The position numbers and the translations under genes are program-made. From Oscillospiraceae bacterium (GTDB lineage Bacteria > Bacillota > Clostridia > Oscillospirales > CAG-272), in NCBI GenBank assembly GCA_015063845.1, contig SVTJ01000010.1:9846-73845 (forward strand): 64,000 bases of DNA, in the 5' to 3' direction. This document shows positions 58,116 to 64,000 of this stretch, piece after piece (position 1 is the first letter of the stretch; every line of letters begins with the position of its first letter). The notes beneath the pieces are model-generated. The model was not told the DNA's origin. It did no database searches and was given only the letters and a program-made list of their open reading frames with translations.

Positions 58116-59177
58116 TCAGTCAAAAGCGATCATCGCTTTGATCTTTGCGCCGTGATATTTTTCCTCGTTCTCAAATATATCGAGCGTATCCTCGAAGGGA
58201 ACGTGGTGTGTGAAAACAGGGGTAAGCTTTATGGGGTTCTTGCTCATTATCTCGCATACCTCGGGGGCGTTGCCGTAGCGGCCTGCCGCGCCAACCATTG
58301 ATATACATCCGAGAACGAGAGGATCTATGGGAAGATCGTCAACGTTTTTCTCATAGAAGCTTACGACCGATATACGTCCGTATCTTGCAGTGCAGCTTAT
58401 GCTGTCGCGAAGAGCGGACTGCGCGCCCGACGTCTCAACCACGAGGTCTGCGCCCTTACCGCTGATAGAAAGCTCCTTGATCCTTGCGATAGCATCTTCT
58501 TTTCTGCCGTTTATTACGTGGTCAGCACCTATCTGAAGACCGATAGCGAGCTTATCGTCGCTTCTTCCGACGAGTATTACCTCGCCCGCTCCATAATACT
58601 TAGCGAGCCATACAGCGACCATACCGATAGCACCCGTTCCGTAAACGACAGCCGTGCTGTTCTTGTCGAGCGTAACTCCTCTGAATGCGTCGTACGCGAT
58701 ACTTGCAGGCTCGATAAGCGCACCCTCGTCCATAGAGAGGTTATCGGGAAGACGGAAAACGTGTCTTTCGGGCATCTGCATATACTCTGCATAGCAGCCA
58801 TCCCAGCAATTTACAGTACCGAGAGACCAGATAGAAGGACAGCTCATATAGTCGCCTCTCTTGCAGGCATCGCACTTTCCACAGGTAACGAAGTTGTCAC
58901 TGTAAATGCGGTCTCCGGGCTTGATATCCTTCACCTCAGGACCGACCGACTCAACGATTCCCGCCCATTCGTGACCGAAGCGAACAGGGTACTTTATCTC
59001 ACCCGAGCGGATAAAGCTGCTGTCACCCGTATAGATGGACTGGTCGGTAGCGCACACACCCGTGCGGCAAACCTTTGCGACCACCATATCGCCCGTTGCC
59101 TCGGGCTTCGGAACTATCTCCATACGAGCATCACGAGGACCGTATACGGTTATCGCCTTCATAGTTTCTTTACTCAT
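58116..59177 (-). CDS. Zinc-dependent dehydrogenase, MDR family
   Basis: GVCATD, GHE, Cys cluster, GTGAIG. Confidence 0.92.
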   Translation of the reverse strand: MSKETMKAITVYGPRDARMEIVPKPEATGDMVVAKVCRTGVCATDQSIYTGDSSFIRSGEIKYPVRFGHEWAGIVESVGPEVKDIKPGDRIYSDNFVTCGKCDACKRGDYMSCPSIWSLGTVNCWDGCYAEYMQMPERHVFRLPDNLSMDEGALIEPASIAYDAFRGVTLDKNSTAVVYGTGAIGMVAVWLAKYYGAGEVILVGRSDDKLAIGLQIGADHVINGRKEDAIARIKELSISGKGADLVVETSGAQSALRDSISCTARYGRISVVSFYEKNVDDLPIDPLVLGCISMVGAAGRYGNAPEVCEIMSKNPIKLTPVFTHHVPFEDTLDIFENEEKYHGAKIKAMIAFD

Positions 59178-59229
59178 ATTTTTCTCCTTGTTTTATACAA
59201 ATTAAAATTACGCGAATATTGCTTTATGC

Positions 59230-59991
59230 TCAAAGCATCATGCCCTCTCCCTGGCGCATAAGCAAGTAGGGAATATCGGGGCAGTTACTTTCCATTTCGG
59301 TCATAAACTCGTAGGGGCTACCGTAATGCTGAGCGAAGTTCCAATAGTGGCAGGGAACAGCGAGCTTGGGAGCAAGTGCCTTTACGACCTTTGCCGCCTG
59401 TGCGGAATCAAGGTTGCCGAAGGCGCCGTTGATGGGAAGTATCAAAAGGTCAACGCCCTTGATAGCCTCGTCGTCGAGCCATTCGGGACGGTACGCCGTG
59501 TCACCCATCATATATATCTTCTTGCCCTCTATCTCAAATAGAAGTCCGAGAGCGTGAGGGGTGTCAGCTCCGTGATCACAGCGAACGGCGGTGAGCTTAG
59601 CTCCGCCCATATCCACCTTGTCGCCAACAGCGATAAACGTGAGGTTATCCTTTATGCCAAGTCTCTCGCATTCCGCTGCGGTGTCCTTTGCTCCGACAAA
59701 CTTTGTCTTGCCGTTTCCGAGAAGCGTGGGAACACTGTCGGGATCAAAATGGTCAAAGTGCGCGTGAGAAGCAACGAGATAGTCAAATATCACCTCGTCA
59801 GCTCCGAGTATGTGCGGCATAAGTCTCTTAAATCCAAAATATCTTTCGCAGCAATCGGAAAGATAAGGGTCGACCGCGATCATCTCTCCCGTCGGTGTCT
59901 TGAGAACAAATCCCGCCTGACCGAGGAAGAACACGCCGACCTCACCAGCCTTTACGGGTGTTGCCATAAGCTTAAGTGCAAAATTTTCCAT
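59230..59991 (-). CDS. MBL-fold hydrolase (UlaG-like lactonase)
   Basis: LGQAGF, DPYLS, SHAHFDH, GDT, LPING, PCHYW. Confidence 0.85.
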   Translation of the reverse strand: MENFALKLMATPVKAGEVGVFFLGQAGFVLKTPTGEMIAVDPYLSDCCERYFGFKRLMPHILGADEVIFDYLVASHAHFDHFDPDSVPTLLGNGKTKFVGAKDTAAECERLGIKDNLTFIAVGDKVDMGGAKLTAVRCDHGADTPHALGLLFEIEGKKIYMMGDTAYRPEWLDDEAIKGVDLLILPINGAFGNLDSAQAAKVVKALAPKLAVPCHYWNFAQHYGSPYEFMTEMESNCPDIPYLLMRQGEGMML

Positions 59992-60002
59992 ATTCAGACC
60001 TC

Positions 60003-60776
60003 TCAGAAGTTTCTTGCGAATCCACCGCAGGTCCAACCGCCGTCAACGGGAATAACCGCACCCGTTATGTAGGAAGCCGCATCGGAAGCTACAAATGCCG
60101 TGGCATTTGCTATCTCGTCGGGCACGCCCTGACGTCCCATAGGAATATGGGAGAGAAGCCCTGCCATTGCGCTGTTTTCCGACCAAAGTTTATTTGTAAC
60201 GGCAATACCTATCGTACCGGGGCAGATAACGTTTGCGCGAATGCCCTTGGGAGCAAGCTCCATAGCGATGGCCTTTGTAAAGTTTATAACAGCCGCCTTA
60301 GCCGCCGTGAAAGCACACTGATTGCGAAGCGGTATCATTCCAACGATAGAGCTGATATTAACTATGCTTGCGCCCTCGCTCATATAGGGAATAGCGAGCT
60401 TTGTGCAGTTATACGTACCGTCAAGATCTACCTTGAGTATAGCATCCCACCACTTGTCGCTGAACTCATCAACGTGCTTTCTCTCGTCGGGTCCTACGTT
60501 GATACCCGCGTTGTTTACGAGCACGTTTATTCCGCCAAGCTCCTCAGCTATCTTCGCCATAGCGACCTTTACAGCCTCTCTATCGGTGATGTCGAAGTCG
60601 TAGCCCTTTGCCACGTATCCGTCCGCTACGATAGCGTCGGCAACTGTCTGTGTTCCTCTGAGATCGCAAACAGCGACCTTTGCTCCGTCCTCAGCGAAGC
60701 GATGAGCCATAGCCGAGCCGATTCCGCCCGCAGCTCCCGTGATAACAACGACCTTGTTCTTAAAATCGATTACCAT
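60003..60776 (-). CDS. Short-chain dehydrogenase/reductase
   Basis: TGAAGGIG, NNAG, NISS; the YxxxK motif appears as FTAAK. Confidence 0.9.
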   Translation of the reverse strand: MVIDFKNKVVVITGAAGGIGSAMAHRFAEDGAKVAVCDLRGTQTVADAIVADGYVAKGYDFDITDREAVKVAMAKIAEELGGINVLVNNAGINVGPDERKHVDEFSDKWWDAILKVDLDGTYNCTKLAIPYMSEGASIVNISSIVGMIPLRNQCAFTAAKAAVINFTKAIAMELAPKGIRANVICPGTIGIAVTNKLWSENSAMAGLLSHIPMGRQGVPDEIANATAFVASDAASYITGAVIPVDGGWTCGGFARNF

Positions 60777-60815
60777 TGTTTTGATCTCCTTTTATTTTTC
60801 AAATAAAATTCTTAG

Positions 60816-61847
60816 TTATATCTCAAGCAAAAGCTTCATTGCTTTGCCCGACTCAAGGTCGGCGAACGCCTGCTCCCATTCGGTAAGAGGTCTTGTGCCT
60901 ATCATAGGAGCGACCTTGAGCTTGCCGCTCGCCATAAGCGAAAGGGCGATGTTCCAGCCGTTGTAGCTTGAGCTCATATTGAATTGAACGTCTATGACCT
61001 TCATCATAGCCTCATTCCACGGCACCTCAACCATAGGCGCGCCCGTCATACCGATAGCGCAGAAGCGTCCCCACTTACGAAGCACCTTTATGCCTGTGCG
61101 TATCGCGCTGCCTGCGCCCGATGCTTCGACCACAAGGTCCGCGCCGATACCCGTCTCTTTCATAATAATATCAACGGCATTCTCTTTGATAACGTCAATA
61201 AACAGATCGTAGCAATCGAGCTCGTCCGCTATTTTCAGGCGGTAATCAACGTCCGCAGTAGTACCGCAAAGAATTATCTTGCCCGCTCCCGCTATGCGCG
61301 CCATCTGAGCGGCAAGAAGAGCGATAGGGCCAACGCCCATAATTACTACGTTGTCACCGGGTGTCACGTGCGCTCTCTCAAGAAGCTGATGAGCCACGAT
61401 AGCTGAGGGCTCTGCCATAGCCGCTTCCTTAAGCGTAAGACCATCGGGGATCTTGTGAAGCAGCTTCTCGGGCATTACAACGTAGGTCGTAAAACAGCCA
61501 TCGATACCCCAACCGATGGATCTCTTGTCCATACAGTTCTGAATATGACCGTTTCTGCAAAGATAGCACTTGCCGCAAGCCTTGTTGTGGGGCTCGCCGA
61601 CAACCGCGTCTCCCTTCTTATAAAGGGTTACCTTACTGCCTACTTCTTCAACCACTCCCGAAAACTCGTGGCCTACGATAACGGGGGGATAATAGGTGAA
61701 CTGATCGTGGAGAATGTGAATGTCTGTTCCGCATATACCGCCATAGACGACACGGACGAGCACCTCGTCATCTCCGTACGTGGGAACGGGGCGGTCCTCA
61801 AGCGAGAAAAAGCCCTCTCCCTTTTGTGTTTTAACCAAAGCTAACAT
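60816..61847 (-). CDS. Zinc-dependent dehydrogenase, MDR family
   Basis: GICGTD, GHEF, Cys cluster, GVGPIA. Confidence 0.92.
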   Translation of the reverse strand: MLALVKTQKGEGFFSLEDRPVPTYGDDEVLVRVVYGGICGTDIHILHDQFTYYPPVIVGHEFSGVVEEVGSKVTLYKKGDAVVGEPHNKACGKCYLCRNGHIQNCMDKRSIGWGIDGCFTTYVVMPEKLLHKIPDGLTLKEAAMAEPSAIVAHQLLERAHVTPGDNVVIMGVGPIALLAAQMARIAGAGKIILCGTTADVDYRLKIADELDCYDLFIDVIKENAVDIIMKETGIGADLVVEASGAGSAIRTGIKVLRKWGRFCAIGMTGAPMVEVPWNEAMMKVIDVQFNMSSSYNGWNIALSLMASGKLKVAPMIGTRPLTEWEQAFADLESGKAMKLLLEI

Positions 61848-62003
61848 AACGCTTCGCCTCCAATATTTTTTGAATTGCCGTATTTACATTTCATTAATTA
61901 TATGCTATAATAGTTACCATAGTAATTATAGCACGACAAAAACAATAATAATATAAATATATTGTCAATAAATATAACTTTCGTGTCACTTACGGAGGAT
62001 AAA

Positions 62004-62834
62004 ATGATATACATACCAACTCTCAAGCCTTTGCTTGAAAATAACGGCAATATTTACACCGAGATCAACTACGACAAACGCTTCACAAGAGTAGACGATA
62101 TAACGCGTGACGAGGAGCATATCCACGACTTTTACGAGATATACATAAACCTCAGCGGCGACGTTTCTTTTCTTGTCGAGGATAATCTTTATTCCATAAG
62201 CAGGGGAGATATCATAGTCACAGCTCCCAACGAAATTCATAGATGTATCTACCACAGCAACTGTATGCACGAGCATTTTTGCATATGGATACGCGAGCTT
62301 CCGTTTGCCACGGACAAGCTAAGAGCGGAATTTGGCAAAAACAAGCTTTTGGTGCTTCCCGACGATGACAAGGACAAGGTCATACGCGCTTGCTTTGATT
62401 TTCACAAAGCGCGCTCTGCCACAGAGCCTCTCTCCTTCGGCGCGATAAAGAGCTTTTTTGAGATACTCGACATAATATGCGCAAAAAGAGAGGATATGAC
62501 CGAGGCTCAGAGCCTGCCGTCAAGCTTTTCGGATATAGTTGAGTATATATCCGCGCACTACACCGAGCCTTCTTGCACGGTGACGCTGATATGCGACAAT
62601 TTCTACATATCAAAGAGCACGCTCTGCCGTCGCTTCCGCCGCTATTTCCAGACAACTCCGTCGGACTATATAGAAGCAAAGCGTTTTTCGGAGGCAAAGA
62701 AGCTGCTCTCTGCGGGGCAGTCGGTGCAAAACGCCTGCCTTAACAGCGGCTTTTCGGATTGCTCGTATTTTATAATGCGCTTCCGCAAAAAATTCGGAGT
62801 AACACCGTATAAGTACCAAAAAGAATTTATGTGA
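62004..62834 (+). CDS. AraC-family regulator
   Basis: HIHDFYEIY cupin; SGFSDCSYFIMRFRKKFGVTP; start after GGAGG. Confidence 0.93.
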   Translation: MIYIPTLKPLLENNGNIYTEINYDKRFTRVDDITRDEEHIHDFYEIYINLSGDVSFLVEDNLYSISRGDIIVTAPNEIHRCIYHSNCMHEHFCIWIRELPFATDKLRAEFGKNKLLVLPDDDKDKVIRACFDFHKARSATEPLSFGAIKSFFEILDIICAKREDMTEAQSLPSSFSDIVEYISAHYTEPSCTVTLICDNFYISKSTLCRRFRRYFQTTPSDYIEAKRFSEAKKLLSAGQSVQNACLNSGFSDCSYFIMRFRKKFGVTPYKYQKEFM

Positions 62835-62842
62835 GATAATTT

Positions 62843-62892
62843 TTGAGGGGTCTTTATTAAAAGAAAGACCCCTCAAGCGCCCCAAAGAGCTT
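62843..62892. repeat. Intergenic palindromic repeat, copy 3
   Basis: TTGAGGGGTCTTT-ATTAAAAG-AAAGACCCCTCAA plus CCCCAAAGAGCTT tail. Confidence 0.65.
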
Positions 62893-62986
62893 AACAAATG
62901 AACAAATGTTTCTGTATTTACATTTTATACATATTTATGTGGTAAAATGTTGAAAACAGAAACTAAAAAACAAAAGGAGAACAAAA

Positions 62987-63727
62987 ATGACCTTTTTTGT
63001 AAATCATCCCATTCTGTTCGTAATCGTGGGACTGATAATCGCGCTTGTGCTCGGTCAGTCGGTCTTCTTCCTCGTTAAGGCGTGGAAGCAGGGCGTACGC
63101 ATCGGAATGGACAAGAAAAAGCTCAAAAAGATAGCGATCAGCGCGGCTATCTTTACTATCGCCCCCGCCGTGGCAATAGTCGTCAGCGTGATCACTCTTG
63201 CTAAGGACCTTGGCATAGCCCTTCCTTGGCTGAGGCTAAGCGTCGTCGGCTCGCTGTCTTATGAAACGATTGCCGCAGCTAACGCGGAAAGAGCTATGGG
63301 ACTGACCTTCGGTCAGACGGCAGGACTTACCGCGCAGCAGTACGTAACCATTGCACTCGTTATGACGATAAGCATTATGGTCGGAATATGGCTCGTACCC
63401 TTAGTTTGCAAAAAGCTTCAGAACGGCATGATATCGCTTGAAAAGCGCGACAAGAAATGGTCGGATATCTTTTCCGCATCAATGTTTATCGGTATGATAT
63501 CGGCATTCGTCGGATTTGTATTCTGCGACGTATCCACCGTTTTTAAGGGAGACCTTTCGGGTCTTATCCCCGTTTGCGTAATGGCAGTATCGGCAGTTCT
63601 TATGCTTGTGTCAGGCCTGCTTGTCAAAATATTCAAGAGAGCAAAATGGATATCCGATTATGCTCTCCCCGTCAGTCTAATAGGCGGTATGGCAAGTGCT
63701 ATACCGATAACGGCTTGGCTGTCGTAA
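62987..63727 (+). CDS. DUF5058-like membrane protein
   Basis: PWLRLSVVGSLSYE motif; multiple TM segments. Confidence 0.75.
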   Translation: MTFFVNHPILFVIVGLIIALVLGQSVFFLVKAWKQGVRIGMDKKKLKKIAISAAIFTIAPAVAIVVSVITLAKDLGIALPWLRLSVVGSLSYETIAAANAERAMGLTFGQTAGLTAQQYVTIALVMTISIMVGIWLVPLVCKKLQNGMISLEKRDKKWSDIFSASMFIGMISAFVGFVFCDVSTVFKGDLSGLIPVCVMAVSAVLMLVSGLLVKIFKRAKWISDYALPVSLIGGMASAIPITAWLS

Positions 63728-63740
63728 GGAGGTGCGCAAA

Positions 63741-64000
63741 ATGAAAAAGAAAACAGATCTTACATATATGGACAGTGTCTATTCTTGGGGCACAAAATGG
63801 AATATCCTCGTTATGATAGTTCTTCTTGCTTTCCCGATAGTGCTTTGTGTCCTCTTTGGCGTTCTGCCCGATTGGAAAGGACTTCTCGGCGGACTTATCG
63901 CGACAGCTCCTATGTATTGGGCGGTCGGTGTCGTTGAGGTGTTCACCTATATTCCCATGCTCGGCGCGGGCGGCTCTTATCTGTCGTTCGTAACGGGCAA
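63741..64000 (+). CDS. Partial membrane protein (truncated by window end)
   Basis: AAGGAGG SD; MKKKTDLTYMD...VEVFTYIPMLGAGGSYLSFVTG, open to the edge. Confidence 0.8.
   Translation, partial: MKKKTDLTYMDSVYSWGTKWNILVMIVLLAFPIVLCVLFGVLPDWKGLLGGLIATAPMYWAVGVVEVFTYIPMLGAGGSYLSFVTG

Overview
64 kb chromosomal segment of a Clostridia-type (Bacillota) bacterium, judged from sigma-A promoters, AGGAGG Shine-Dalgarno sites and gene content. Left part: RNase J, tRNA-Gln(CTG), and sugar, redox and amino-acid metabolism genes. Centre (about 22.9-46 kb): a large accessory surface-glycan-type locus. It holds a GH2 enzyme, four SGNH esterases, six copies of an unassigned beta-propeller domain, an orphan solute-binding lipoprotein and two beta-helix-like surface proteins. 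It is headed by a divergent AraC gene, an unannotated 48-aa YxxP peptide and a roughly 500-nt nested structured-RNA candidate. The largest gene is separated from an in-frame propeller domain by a single TGA. Right part: mnmG-rsmG-parS x4-parA-(mini ParB-N-terminus protein)-parB-serS-rarA, then an AraC-linked dehydrogenase/deoC/deoxyribokinase-like catabolic operon. No CRISPR array, rRNA, transposase or integrase is visible. Protein calls come from motif recognition by eye; no database searches were run.
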